Positions 49,305 to 60,790 of a stretch of DNA of 64,000 bases are shown here, in pieces; position 1 is the stretch's first letter, and every line of letters begins with the position of its first letter. Source of the DNA: an uncultured delta proteobacterium. GTDB lineage: Bacteria; Myxococcota_A; Polyangia; Polyangiales; JAFGIB01. A program made the position numbers and the translations under genes. The stretch is from NCBI GenBank assembly GCA_963778655.1, contig CAVZVA010000008.1, forward strand, positions 96,001-160,000. The letters are read 5' to 3'. The notes below the pieces were generated by a model, which saw only the letters and a list, made by a program, of their open reading frames with translations, was not told the origin of the DNA and did no database searches.

Positions 49305-50429
49305 TCAGCACGTAGGCCGGCGCGAGGACCAGACGCTATTACTCGCGCCGGGAGGCGCTCGCGGGATCGACGGCTCGCAGGCCAGCGGGCGCGCGGGCTT
49401 GAACGGCATCTGCCAGGAGCACCACTGCGGCACGAAGCGCGCGATCGCAGCAGCGTCGTCGATCAGCGTGGTCTTGAGCGCGAGCATGGTCGCGCGCGAG
49501 GGCTGCTCGCGCAGCAGCGATGCGAGCGCGAAGCGCACCATCACCCCGTCGAGCACGGCTCGGCGCCGGCCCGAGAGCTGCACGCGCGCGCTGAGCGCCT
49601 GCGCGGTCGGGTTGCCCAGCTCGCCCAGCGTGCGCAGCGAGGTGTAGAGCGCGCTGCGCGCGCGCCAGAGGCCGGCGCGCCGCAGCGCGGCCTCGGCGTC
49701 GGCCTGCTGCAGCAGCAGCTGCAGCTCGAGGTACGACGAAGGCGGCAGGTGATAGCCCTTGACGGTCTGGTTGATGCAGTGCACGAGCAGCGCGTCGGTG
49801 CGCTCGAGCACGAGCAGGCCCGGCGCGAACGTGCACGGCTCGGCGCGCTCGAACAGCTGCTCGTGATCGATCGCCATGCGCGCGGGCTGCAGCAGCGCGT
49901 GGTGCAGGTCGAGCGCCACGCCGTCTTTGCAGAACTTGCGCTCGTGCATCAGCTTGCAGGCGCGATCTGCGAGGAAGCCGGCCGCGAGCAGCGCCTGCTC
50001 CGCGGCGCCGAGCTCGGCTTCCGGCACCAGCAGGTCGACGTCCGCCATCGGGCGCGCGCCCAGCTCGCCGTACAGGCGCTCGAGGTAGTCTTGGCCCTTG
50101 TAGACGATCGCGCGCACGCCGGCCGCGCGCAGTGCCGCCGCCGCTTGCAGCAACACGCCGCGCAGCGGGAAGTTATTCGCCAGCGCTTCCATGTAGCGAT
50201 GGATTTCGGCGCTGCCCGGCGCGCGCCCCGCACGGCGTGCCAGCACGCAGCCGTAGGCGCTCAGCTCCAGCTCCTCAAACAAGGACGCGTCGATCTGCGT
50301 CGGATCGATCGCGTGCTGGCGCAGCAGCGCGGACAGGGCATGGCGCGCGGAGGCCTTGGCCGGGTGCCCCTCATGACCTGTCTGGGCCCCTGGTTTTGGG
50401 CCCCCTATGAACTGCGACAGCGGATTCAT
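49305..50429 (-). CDS. Nucleotidyltransferase family protein (NTP_transf_5-like)
   Basis: IVYKG..Y...GARPMADVDLLV, LDLHH. Confidence 0.8.
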   Translation of the reverse strand: MNPLSQFIGGPKPGAQTGHEGHPAKASARHALSALLRQHAIDPTQIDASLFEELELSAYGCVLARRAGRAPGSAEIHRYMEALANNFPLRGVLLQAAAALRAAGVRAIVYKGQDYLERLYGELGARPMADVDLLVPEAELGAAEQALLAAGFLADRACKLMHERKFCKDGVALDLHHALLQPARMAIDHEQLFERAEPCTFAPGLLVLERTDALLVHCINQTVKGYHLPPSSYLELQLLLQQADAEAALRRAGLWRARSALYTSLRTLGELGNPTAQALSARVQLSGRRRAVLDGVMVRFALASLLREQPSRATMLALKTTLIDDAAAIARFVPQWCSWQMPFKPARPLACEPSIPRAPPGASNSVWSSRRPTC

Positions 50430-50563
50430 CTACTGCTACTAGAAACAATGGTAGCAGAAGAAACCGCTCTAGACGGAAGCTAGATTGCAATTATTCGTTA
50501 TGTGTAGAATATGCAGAGGCCAGGACGTGCTTCTATCTAGCTGGGATCACTAGAGAAGCTCGA

Positions 50564-52042
<1,479 letters not shown>

Positions 52043-52125
52043 CGCGCAAGCCTAGGCGACCCCCACCCAAACTGCACGCCGGCCACAACCACGACTTGGG
52101 GGCGGGCGGCCGCAGCTCTGGGCCC

Positions 52126-52863
52126 TCAGCGCACGTTGTGCATCATCCGCGACCAGCGCAGGCCGTCTTCGCCGTTGGACCAGTAGATGCTGAGCGCCCT
52201 GCCTTTGATGCGGGTGACCGGAATCGCGCCGACCGCCGGGTTGCGGCTGTCGTTGCTGCTGTCGCGGTGGTCGCCGAGCACGTAGATGCAGTTGGGCGGC
52301 ACGTGGACCGGCAGCGGATCGAAGGATATTCGCGAGGTGCTGGTGAGAAAGGTCTTTTCGCCGACCTTCGATTCGTACCAGTGGCATCTGGGGTTGAGCG
52401 AGCCGGTTCCGGTCTGGCAGCGCCCGACGTCGAGCCGGGGCAGCGGCTTGCCGTTGCGGTACACGATGTCGTCGTGCATCTCGATCACGTCGCCGCCCAC
52501 GCCGATCACGCGCTTGACGATGTCGACGCCGTCGGCCGGGCTCTTGATGATCACCACGTCGCCCACGTTGGGGCTGCCCCAGTTGAGGTCGGCGTGATCG
52601 CGCAGCGGCAAGAACAGCCCGTACATGAACTTCGCCACCACCACGCGGTCGCCGTTGAGCAGCGTCGGCTCCATCGAGGGTCCCTCAATCTCGAACGCCT
52701 CGAACAGGCAGGTACGGATCACCAGCGCCAGCAGCACCGCGCCGCCGATCGTGCGCAGGTTCTGCGAGATCTTGTCCCAGCGCGTCTCGTTCACGCTGGC
52801 GCGGGTGGCCGCGCTGCGCTCGGCGGCTTCGGCCTCATCGGCGTCCTTGCCTGGTTGGTTCAT
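52126..52863 (-). CDS. lepB: Signal peptidase I
   Basis: GPSMEPTL, VKRVIG, LGDHRDSSNDSR. Confidence 0.93.
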   Translation of the reverse strand: MNQPGKDADEAEAAERSAATRASVNETRWDKISQNLRTIGGAVLLALVIRTCLFEAFEIEGPSMEPTLLNGDRVVVAKFMYGLFLPLRDHADLNWGSPNVGDVVIIKSPADGVDIVKRVIGVGGDVIEMHDDIVYRNGKPLPRLDVGRCQTGTGSLNPRCHWYESKVGEKTFLTSTSRISFDPLPVHVPPNCIYVLGDHRDSSNDSRNPAVGAIPVTRIKGRALSIYWSNGEDGLRWSRMMHNVR

Positions 52864-53447
52864 CCGTGTACCGTGGGACCGAGCGGGAGCCGGTCGGCGA
52901 TGGCCGCCTCGCGCTCGGCCAGTGCGCACAGCCGCGCGCGGCTGTCGGCCGCCCCGAAGCACTCGGCCGCGAGCGACGAAAACAAGGTGAAGTGGCGTGC
53001 CTCGGCCGCCATCAGCCCAGCGTACAGGCCGCGCAGCGCGGTGTCGCGCAGGCGTTCGGACAGCAGCCGGAAGCGCTCGCACGAGCGGCCTTCGACCAGC
53101 GCCGCCACCAGCAGCCGGTCGAGCAGCGCCGGCCGGGCGTCCTCGCGGTCGCGGCGCGCCGCCGCGCGCAGCTGCACCACGTAGTCGTCGGGCCGCGGCA
53201 GACCCAGTCGCGCGCCGCGCGCGCGCAGCCGGCCCTGCACATCGGCGAAGTGCCGGCTCTCCTCGCGCGCCAGCGCGCACAGCGGCTCGACGAGCTGGGG
53301 GGCCTCGCCGCCGTGGCGGCCGACCAGGCTCAGCGCGCTTTGCGCGGCCTTGAGCTCGCAGTGCGCGTGATCGCTGAGCAGCCCGTCGAGATCGGCTTCG
53401 GCGGAGTGTACCCAGGCCGGGTCCGTCGGCTTGAGCAGGCCGAGCAT
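52860..53447 (-). CDS. miaE: tRNA-(ms2io6A) hydroxylase
   Basis: DHAHCELKAA, AREESRHF, LVEGRSCERF, EARH di-iron motifs. Confidence 0.9.
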   Translation of the reverse strand: MLGLLKPTDPAWVHSAEADLDGLLSDHAHCELKAAQSALSLVGRHGGEAPQLVEPLCALAREESRHFADVQGRLRARGARLGLPRPDDYVVQLRAAARRDREDARPALLDRLLVAALVEGRSCERFRLLSERLRDTALRGLYAGLMAAEARHFTLFSSLAAECFGAADSRARLCALAEREAAIADRLPLGPTVHG

Positions 53448-53547
53448 CTCAGCGCTCGCCGCCGCCGAAGGCGCGCTCGGCTGCGCTGGCGCGGCTCGCC
53501 CGAGATTCCGGGAGCGTCGCGGCTCGGTGTACCCTGCCTGCGAACAT

Positions 53548-54528
53548 ATGCGGCGGAACCTATTGGCAGCGGGCGGCTTGGTCAAGCAACGAGAGCCGGG
53601 GAGCGCTTCCCCGGCCCATATAAAGGCGACCCGTGGCATTTTGGGACTGTGCGCCGCGCTGGTCGCGGCCTGCGCAGCCGCGCCGCTGCCGCCGCCACGC
53701 GAGCCCAGCTTCGGCCCGCGCGTGGCCGAGTGCATCGACGTGCCGCGACCGCTCAATGACACGGCCCAGGCCCGCATGCTGGTGGTGGAGGCAGGACCGG
53801 CGGTCGAGGGCTCGAGCGAGCAGGAGCGCGCGCAGGCGCGGCTCGATTACGGCCCCGGCGGGCAGACGCTGTTCCGCGACGAGGCCGCGGCGCGGCGCGC
53901 CTACGTGGAGGGCTTTCGCATGGACAGGAGCCCCGTCACCCAGGAGCTCTACGCCGAGTTCGTGGCCGCCTGCGGCGTGTTTCCCCCGGCCGCCGACACG
54001 CTCGACGCTGCGCACTGGCAGGCCCTGCGCAAGCGCTTCGGGCTGCGCCACGACTACGCGCAGCTGCAGCGCTTCCTGTGGAGCGACCGCAGGCCGCCGC
54101 CCGAGCGCGGGCGCCATCCCATGGTGCTGGTGAGCGCGGACGAGGCTGGCTTCTACTGCGCCTGGCGCGGCGCGCGGCTGCCGCGCGAGGACGAGTGGGA
54201 GCGCGCGGCGCGCGGGCCCACCGGCCGGATCTACCCGTGGGGCAGCCGCTTCGATCCGTTTCGCGTCGATGGCGCGCAGCGCGGAGACGGCGACACGCTC
54301 GAGGTCGGCTCGCTGCCGCAGGGCAACACGCCCGAGGGCTTCACCGACATGGGCGGGCTGGTGTTCGAGTGGACCAGCACCCCCTGGCCCGCCCGCCGTG
54401 GCTACCGCGTGGTCAAGGGCAACGGCTGGGACGGCCGCGGTGGCTACGGCCGCGGCGCCGCCCGCCAAGCCCGCCCAGCCGAGGCCAAGGACATCACCCT
54501 CGGCTTCCGCTGCGCCGCCGACCTGTAG
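53548..54528 (+). CDS. Formylglycine-generating-enzyme (SUMF1) domain protein
   Basis: RLPREDEWERAARG, YPWG, DMGG.V.EWT, GFRCA; start uncertain. Confidence 0.85.
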   Translation: MRRNLLAAGGLVKQREPGSASPAHIKATRGILGLCAALVAACAAAPLPPPREPSFGPRVAECIDVPRPLNDTAQARMLVVEAGPAVEGSSEQERAQARLDYGPGGQTLFRDEAAARRAYVEGFRMDRSPVTQELYAEFVAACGVFPPAADTLDAAHWQALRKRFGLRHDYAQLQRFLWSDRRPPPERGRHPMVLVSADEAGFYCAWRGARLPREDEWERAARGPTGRIYPWGSRFDPFRVDGAQRGDGDTLEVGSLPQGNTPEGFTDMGGLVFEWTSTPWPARRGYRVVKGNGWDGRGGYGRGAARQARPAEAKDITLGFRCAADL

Positions 54529-54660
54529 CCACGCGTCCCCGCACGTGTCCTCGCAGTCGTAGTCGTGATCGTTCTCGTAGTCGTAGTCGAACCGCAGTCG
54601 AACCCCCCGCCGCCGCCGCAAGCGTGGCCGCCGCCGCACCCATCCGCTACGCTCCCCCGC

Positions 54661-55392
54661 ATGCGCATCCTGGCCTTCGATACCTCCTCGGCGATCAGCG
54701 CAGTCGCGGTGTGCGACGGCGATCGCGTGCTGGCGCAGGACGATTCGCCGGCCGAGGACGGCGGCAAGCACGGCGAGGTGCTGCTGCCGCGGATCGAGGC
54801 GGTGCTGGCAGCGGCCGGCCTGCGCTTGCAGCAGCTCGAGCTGATCGCGGTGGGCGTGGGGCCGGGCTCGTTCACCGGCCTGCGCGTGGGGCTGGCGACG
54901 GCCAAAGGGCTTGCGCTCGCCACCGGCATCGCGCTGCGCGGCGTGGGCTCGCTGCAGGTGATGGCGGCCGGGGCGCTCGCGCGCGAGCAGGCGGCGCGCG
55001 CGCTGGCGGTGCTGGACGCGGGCAAGGGCGAGCTGTTCGCGGCGGCGTTCGCGCGCGTGGCTGGGGCGCAGCCGCTGCAGCCGCTGCTTGCGCCGCAACG
55101 CATGCTGCCGCAGGCGCTCGCGCAGCGGGTCGCGGCGCTGGCGGCTGCGGGCGAGCCGCTGTGGCTGTGCGGCGGCGGGGCGCGGCGCGGCTTCGAGCAG
55201 CTTGCGGCCGTGCTGGGCCCTGGCGCGCGCTTGGTCGAGCCCGCGCTGGACCTGCCGCAAGGGCGCCACGTGGCGTCCGAAGCGTGGCGCGAATGGCAAG
55301 CGCAGGGGGCTTCGGACGTCGCCGCGCTCGAGCCGGTCTACCTGCGCGGCAGCGATGCGAAGCTGCCCGACGAGCCGCTTTCATTGGGTTGA
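54661..55392 (+). CDS. tsaB: t6A biosynthesis protein TsaB
   Basis: ILAFDTS, VGPGSFTGLRVG, LEPVYLR. Confidence 0.95.
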   Translation: MRILAFDTSSAISAVAVCDGDRVLAQDDSPAEDGGKHGEVLLPRIEAVLAAAGLRLQQLELIAVGVGPGSFTGLRVGLATAKGLALATGIALRGVGSLQVMAAGALAREQAARALAVLDAGKGELFAAAFARVAGAQPLQPLLAPQRMLPQALAQRVAALAAAGEPLWLCGGGARRGFEQLAAVLGPGARLVEPALDLPQGRHVASEAWREWQAQGASDVAALEPVYLRGSDAKLPDEPLSLG

Positions 55393-55464
55393 AGGGCCAC
55401 GCGCGGGCGGGGCTTTGCAAAAGCCCGCGCGCGCGTTCTATGGTGCGCGCAAGGAGGGCTGCCC

Positions 55465-55950
55465 ATGCCGTCTTTCGACGTGGTGTCCAAGGTGCAGATG
55501 CACGAGGTCGACAACGCCGTGCAGCAGACGGCCAAGGAGATCGCGACGCGCTACGACTTTCGCGACACCGACAGCGGCATCGAGCGCGGCGACGAGGGCA
55601 TCGTGCTGCGCAGCAACAGCGAGGGCCGGCTCGAGGCCGCGCTGCAGGTGCTGCAGGAGAAGCTGGTGCGGCGCAAGGTCTCGCTCAAGGCGATTGCACC
55701 CGAGAAACCGGCGCCCGCGGGCGGCAGCGCGTTTCGCCAGCTGGTCAAGCTCAACCAGGGCCTGAGCACGGACAAGGCCAAGGAAGTGGTGAAGTTCCTC
55801 AAGGGCACCGGGCTCAAGGTGCAGGCCGCGATCCAGGCCGACCAGGTGCGCGTCACCGGGCCCAAGCGCGACACCCTGCAACAGGCGATCGCCGAGCTGC
55901 GCAACTACGACTTCGGGGTCGAGCTGCAGTTCGAGAACTATCGGGATTAG
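55465..55950 (+). CDS. yajQ: YajQ family nucleotide-binding protein
   Basis: MPSFDVVSKV, RYDF, QVRVTG.KRD.LQ, LQFENYRD. Confidence 0.96.
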   Translation: MPSFDVVSKVQMHEVDNAVQQTAKEIATRYDFRDTDSGIERGDEGIVLRSNSEGRLEAALQVLQEKLVRRKVSLKAIAPEKPAPAGGSAFRQLVKLNQGLSTDKAKEVVKFLKGTGLKVQAAIQADQVRVTGPKRDTLQQAIAELRNYDFGVELQFENYRD

Positions 55951-55998
55951 CCAGCACGAGGACGAGCCCGTGCACGAGCACGACCACGGCAGCGAGGG

Positions 55999-57411
55999 TC
56001 AGGCAGGGGTGGTCTTGGCGGTGCGGTAGAGGTGCTCGTAGCGCCGGGCGCTGCGCTCCCAGGATAGGTCGAGCTTCATCACGCGCCTGCGCAGCGCGGC
56101 GAACGCCTCGCGCTTGCCGAAGGCCGAGAGCGCCGCCTGCGCGGCTGACAACAGCGCGCTCGGGTCGCCCGGCTCGAAGGCGAAGCCCGAGCCGGTGGTG
56201 AGCGCCGCGTCGCAGTCGACCACCGCGTCGGCCATGGCGCCCGCCTTGCTCGCGATCGGCAGCGCGCCGTAGCGCTGCGCGCACAGGTGCAGGTCGCCGC
56301 GGCCGGGATCGAGCGCGGGCAGCAGCACGAAATCCGCGGCGGCCAGCGCGAGGTGCTGGATGCGCTCTTGCTTGCTGTCGATCACGCGCAGGCGCTCGTC
56401 GTACTCCTCGGCCAGCGCGAGCAGCGCGTCGCGCTCGTCCGCGGCGCAGTCCACCACCACCAGCTGCACGTCGTTGTGCAGCAGCGGCCCGGCGATCTCG
56501 CGCACCACGCGCTCGGCGCCGCCCGGGAAGCCGCCGCCGACGTTGACGACCAGCGGGGTGTCGGGACGGATCGGCAGCTCGAGCTCGAGCTGCAGCGTGT
56601 CCTTGCAGCGCGCCTTGCCGCGCAGGTCTGCGTGATCGAAGCGCGCGGGCAGCAGCGGGTCGGTGAGCGGGTTCCAGCGCGCGGCGTCCAGCCCGTTCAG
56701 GATGCCGAACAGCTTGTTCTCGGCGCCGAGCGCATCGCGCAGGCCCGCCTCGTGGCCGTCGTCGAGCAAGGCCTGGGCTTCGGTCTCGGAGCTGGCGACC
56801 ACCCGCTGGGCCGCGGCGATGCCGGCGCGCAGCAGGCTGGCCCGCTCGCCTTCGCCGCACAGCACGCGCACCGCCTCGGGCGGGGTGAGCCCGGCGGGCA
56901 GCGCACGCAGCAGCCCTTGCTGGCGCGCGTCGTGCAGGGACAGCACGCGCACCGCCTGCGGCAGCGACTGCTGTACCAGCGGCAGCACGGCCGCCGCGAA
57001 CCAGCCGTGCGCGTGCACCACCTCCGGCTCGGGCGAGCGCGCGCGCAGCGCCTGCTCCGCGGCCAGCGCCAGCACCAGCGCCGCCTCCGGCCCCAGCGCA
57101 TCCTGCGCGAACAGCTCGGCCTGCCCCACGAACAGCAGCTCGACCCCGCCGGTGGTGCGGCCGTCGTGCAGCGTGCAGGTGTGGCGCGTGCCGCCGAGCT
57201 CGACCTCGACGCCGCTCAGCCGGCGCGCCAGGCCGCGCGCGGTGGGGTCGATGTCGGGCCAAAGCGGCGAGATCACCGTGACCTTGTGGCCGATGCTGCG
57301 CAGGGCCTTGGGCAGCGCGGCGCAGGCGTCGGCCACCTCGCCGCCGCGCCCGTAGGGCGTGATTTCCGGGGTGACGAAGGCGATCTCCACGGCCGCGGAC
57401 CCTACACCCAT
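55999..57411 (-). CDS. glgA: Glycogen synthase homologue (GT5) with degenerate active-site motifs
   Basis: FVTPE.TPY..GG..D...ALPKAL, GILNGLD...WNP.TD, RYGALPI, SWERSA..Y..LY. Confidence 0.8.
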   Translation of the reverse strand: MGVGSAAVEIAFVTPEITPYGRGGEVADACAALPKALRSIGHKVTVISPLWPDIDPTARGLARRLSGVEVELGGTRHTCTLHDGRTTGGVELLFVGQAELFAQDALGPEAALVLALAAEQALRARSPEPEVVHAHGWFAAAVLPLVQQSLPQAVRVLSLHDARQQGLLRALPAGLTPPEAVRVLCGEGERASLLRAGIAAAQRVVASSETEAQALLDDGHEAGLRDALGAENKLFGILNGLDAARWNPLTDPLLPARFDHADLRGKARCKDTLQLELELPIRPDTPLVVNVGGGFPGGAERVVREIAGPLLHNDVQLVVVDCAADERDALLALAEEYDERLRVIDSKQERIQHLALAAADFVLLPALDPGRGDLHLCAQRYGALPIASKAGAMADAVVDCDAALTTGSGFAFEPGDPSALLSAAQAALSAFGKREAFAALRRRVMKLDLSWERSARRYEHLYRTAKTTPA

Positions 57412-57525
57412 CCGCCCCGTGAAATGAAGCACTCGTTGCCCGGCCGGCAAATCCCACGCAGTATTGCCGGGTTGCGGCGGTCCGGGCAGGGCGCGCCGGG
57501 GCCGCGCGCCGGCGCGTCGAGATCG

Positions 57526-58485
57526 ATGTCCGACTCGATCATCTCCATATATCCCGATGGCACCCCCGCGGTTTCTCGGGCGTGTGTGCTCGGGGCGAGC
57601 GGCATGCTGGGGACCGCGCTGGTGGCCGGCATGCTCAAGGCCGGCACCTCGGTCACGGCCTTCAGCCGCAAGCGCCGGCAGAGCGACCAACCCGGGCTCG
57701 GGCACTGGGACCCGGCCGCCGGCACGATCGAGGCCGAGCGGCTCGAGGGCTGCGACGCTGTGGTCAACCTGGCCGGCGAGAACCTAGGCGAGGGGCGCTG
57801 GAGCGCGGCGCGCAAGCGCGCGCTGTGGGCGAGCAGGGTGGACAGCACCGCGCTGCTGTGCCGCACGCTGGCGGCGCTGCGGCAGCCGCCGCGCGTGCTG
57901 GTCAACGCGTCGGCGGTCGGCTTCTACGGCGATCGCGGCGACACCGCGGTCGACGAGGAGAGCCCGCGCGGCGAGGGCTTTCTGGCCGAGCTGTGCGAGG
58001 CCTGGGAGGCGGCCACCCAGCCGGCAGCCGACGCCGGCATCCGCGTGGTCAAGCTGCGCTACGGCGTGATCCTGACCCCGTTCGACGGCGCGCTGGCGCG
58101 CATGCTCGGACCGTTTCGTATGGGGCTCGGCGGGCGGCTGGGCAGCGGGCAGCAGCGCATGCCCTGGATCGCGCTCGCCGACGCGGTCGGCGCCACGCGC
58201 TTCGCCACGCGCCACCCCGACCTGGCGGGCCCGGTCAACGTGGTGGCGCCCGAGTCGGTGACCAACCGGCAGTTGTGCCATGCGCTCGGTCGTGTGCTGC
58301 ACCGCCCGGCGGCCGTGCCCGTCCCGGCCCTCGCGCTCAAGACCGCCTTCGGCGCGCAGATGGCGCGAGAGATGCTGCTGAGCGGCGCCAACGTCCGCCC
58401 CCGCAAGCTCGAAATCACCGGCTACCGCTTCGAGTACCCCCGCTTGGAAGACGCGCTGGAGGCGATGCTGGGAAGAGGCCGGTAG
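57526..58485 (+). CDS. NAD-dependent epimerase (TIGR01777 family)
   Basis: GASGMLG, VVNLAGE, NASAVGFYG, GLGGRLGSGQQ..WI. Confidence 0.9.
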   Translation: MSDSIISIYPDGTPAVSRACVLGASGMLGTALVAGMLKAGTSVTAFSRKRRQSDQPGLGHWDPAAGTIEAERLEGCDAVVNLAGENLGEGRWSAARKRALWASRVDSTALLCRTLAALRQPPRVLVNASAVGFYGDRGDTAVDEESPRGEGFLAELCEAWEAATQPAADAGIRVVKLRYGVILTPFDGALARMLGPFRMGLGGRLGSGQQRMPWIALADAVGATRFATRHPDLAGPVNVVAPESVTNRQLCHALGRVLHRPAAVPVPALALKTAFGAQMAREMLLSGANVRPRKLEITGYRFEYPRLEDALEAMLGRGR

Positions 58486-58600
58486 GGTTCCTCGAGGCAC
58501 CGCCTCGGCCCACACCCACCACGCCCCCCGGCACCAGTCGTGCGTCGTGGTCGACTCGCCTAGACTCACGTCCACGCCGAGCCTACCGCGCCTTCGCCCT

Positions 58601-59104
58601 TCAAACCGTGTCGTACTTCTTGCGTTGCTCGGCGAGGTCGGCTTCGAGCGCAGCGCGGATGGCGGGGTCGTGTAGCGCGAGGATGCGCGCGGCCAGATAG
58701 GCGGCGTTCTTGGCGCCGTCCACGCCCACGGTTGCGACCGGGATGCCGGGCGGCATCTGCACGGTGGCGAGCAACGCGTCGATGCCCGCGAGCGCGCCCG
58801 AGGCCAGCGGCACGCCGATCACGGGCAGCATGGTTTGCGCCGCCACCGCGCCCGCCAGGTGTGCGGCCATGCCCGCGCACGCGATCAGCACCTCGATGCC
58901 GCGCGCGGGCGCTTGCTGCAGATACGCGCTCACGCGCTCGGGGGTGCGGTGCGCCGACAGCACCTTGAGCTCGCAGCCGATGCCGAGCTGCTCGAGCGTG
59001 GCCTTGGCCTTGTTCACGACCTCGAGGTCGCTCGGGCTGCCGGTCAGGATGCCGACTCGCACGGCGGCCGGCGCGGGAGGGTTGCGTGAAGCTGCGGTCG
59101 CCAT
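58601..59104 (-). CDS. purE: N5-CAIR mutase
   Basis: GSPSD, SAHRTP, AGMAAHL, PVIGVP, QMPPGIPVATV. Confidence 0.96.
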   Translation of the reverse strand: MATAASRNPPAPAAVRVGILTGSPSDLEVVNKAKATLEQLGIGCELKVLSAHRTPERVSAYLQQAPARGIEVLIACAGMAAHLAGAVAAQTMLPVIGVPLASGALAGIDALLATVQMPPGIPVATVGVDGAKNAAYLAARILALHDPAIRAALEADLAEQRKKYDTV

Positions 59105-59207
59105 CAGGCCGGCGTTTGTAACCCGAATGCGCGGCGCCGGCCAGGGTGGGCGCGGCCCCCGGCCTTGCGCTCTTGCGCGCGCCCGCTGCGGCGGGCGTAA
59201 ATGGGGC

Positions 59208-60119
59208 ATGCGCCGCCGCCCGCTGACCTCGCTCGCGTCCGTTTGTCTCGTGTGCTCGCTGGGTTGCGGCGGGCCGCCGCCGGCGGCGCCTGCGCCCGAG
59301 AAGGCGGAGAAGCCGGCGGGAACGGCGCAGACGGCGGCGACGCCGGCGGGGGAGGGGGCGAGCACGACTACGAGCACGAGCACGACGACGGGGGCGGGGC
59401 CGGGGACCGCGCCGGCGCCCGCGGAGCCCGCGCCGCAGTCCGCTACCGAGGAGGCGTGCGGCCAGATCATCGTGGTCTCGTACAAGGGCGCCGCGCATGC
59501 CAAGCCCGGCATCAGCCGCAGCAAGGACGCGGCCGCAAAGCGCGCGCAGGCGCTGCTCGACCAGCTCAAAGCCGGCGCCGACTTCGCCGAGCTCGCGCGC
59601 AAGGAATCCGACGCGCCCTCGAGCGCACCGCGCGGCGGCGAGATGGGCACCTATGCGCGCAACGCCTGGCCGCAGCTGCACTACGCGCTGCTCGGTCCAC
59701 TGTTCGGCCTGCAGGTCGGCCAGACCGCGCCCGCGCCGGTCGAGGCCCCGTATGGCTACGTGCTGGTGCGGCGCTGCGCCGTGGAGAAAGCCCACGCCCG
59801 CCACATCCTGATCCGTTACAAGGGCGCCGAGAAGGCGCCCAAGAGCATCACGCGCACCAAGGCCCAGGCCAAGCAGCGCGCCGAAGAGCTGCTGCGCCAG
59901 CTCGACGCCGGCGCCGACTTCGCCACGCTCGCGCGCAAGGAGTCGGAGGACGGCTCCGCCCGGCGCGGCGGCGACCTCGGCATCCAAGCCCGCGGCGCCT
60001 TCGCCGCCCCCTTCGAAAGCGCCCTCTTCGCCCTCAAGCCCGGCGAGCGCAGCGGCGTGGTCGAAACCGAGTTCGGCTTCCACATCATCGAGCGCGTCGC
60101 CGACCCGGCGGCGCGCTGA
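59208..60119 (+). CDS. Lipoprotein with tandem parvulin (PpiC) PPIase domains
   Basis: Lipobox SLGC; two DFA.LARKESD..S..RGG.G repeats; ETEFGFHII. Confidence 0.92.
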   Translation: MRRRPLTSLASVCLVCSLGCGGPPPAAPAPEKAEKPAGTAQTAATPAGEGASTTTSTSTTTGAGPGTAPAPAEPAPQSATEEACGQIIVVSYKGAAHAKPGISRSKDAAAKRAQALLDQLKAGADFAELARKESDAPSSAPRGGEMGTYARNAWPQLHYALLGPLFGLQVGQTAPAPVEAPYGYVLVRRCAVEKAHARHILIRYKGAEKAPKSITRTKAQAKQRAEELLRQLDAGADFATLARKESEDGSARRGGDLGIQARGAFAAPFESALFALKPGERSGVVETEFGFHIIERVADPAAR

Positions 60120-60241
60120 GCGAGCAGCGAGAGGTGCGGCGCCACGCCTCACGCTTCACATGAATCGTCACAGCCGCGCCACCCCGCAGCACCTGAGATT
60201 CCACACGAATTCCAGCCCCCGCCAGCCTCCCGGCCCCGACC

Positions 60242-60269
60242 TTGACACCCAACCCCCCCGCGATATCTT
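60242..60269 (+). promoter_or_regulatory. sigma-70 promoter of tRNA-Asn
   Basis: TTGACA-N16-TATCTT, 11 nt before the tRNA. Confidence 0.7.
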
Positions 60270-60280
60270 TCGCAGCCCAT

Positions 60281-60356
60281 TCCGGAATAGCTCAGCTGGT
60301 AGAGCGGTCGGCTGTTAACCGATTGGTCGTAGGTTCGAGTCCTACTTCCGGAGCCA
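60281..60356 (+). tRNA. tRNA-Asn (GTT)
   Basis: Acceptor stem TCCGGAA/TTCCGGA, anticodon loop CT-GTT-AA, T-loop GGTTCGAGTCC, encoded CCA. Confidence 0.98.
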
Positions 60357-60395
60357 TTTTTGCCCAAGGCGAACCACCTTGGGCGCCAGGTAAAC

Positions 60396-60437
60396 AGAGG
60401 GCCTCATCGGGATGACCGGCGAGGCCCTCTTCTTTTT
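60396..60437 (+). terminator. Intrinsic terminator after the tRNA
   Basis: AGAGGGCCTC/GAGGCCCTCT stem followed by TCTTTTT. Confidence 0.7.
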
Positions 60438-60790
60438 CCCGTTGTTCCGCGGGGTCTTGCGGCATCTCGGTGATCGGCGCGCGCTCGTGGTCGCGTGCGA
60501 TGCTCAGAGCACGAGGTCGCGCGCGAGCTGCTTCGCGACGCCCGAAGAGCGGCTCTGAGGGGCAGAGAGCCGGGCTCGGCTCTGCGAGTCGGATTTAACA
60601 ACGCGCGGCTCTGAGCTTTACAGCCCTGTGCTTGCCGACCGGCGACCGGTTGCTTCACAGGACGCACGTCGTTGATGTCGCTCGCGTTCTCGTCGTCGCG
60701 CGCGGGGCTCAGAGCACGCGGCGGGAATGGCTGGGCGATGCCATGTGGTGGTTGCCAACGAAAATGGCTCTGGGGTTAGCAGCTGTGAAG

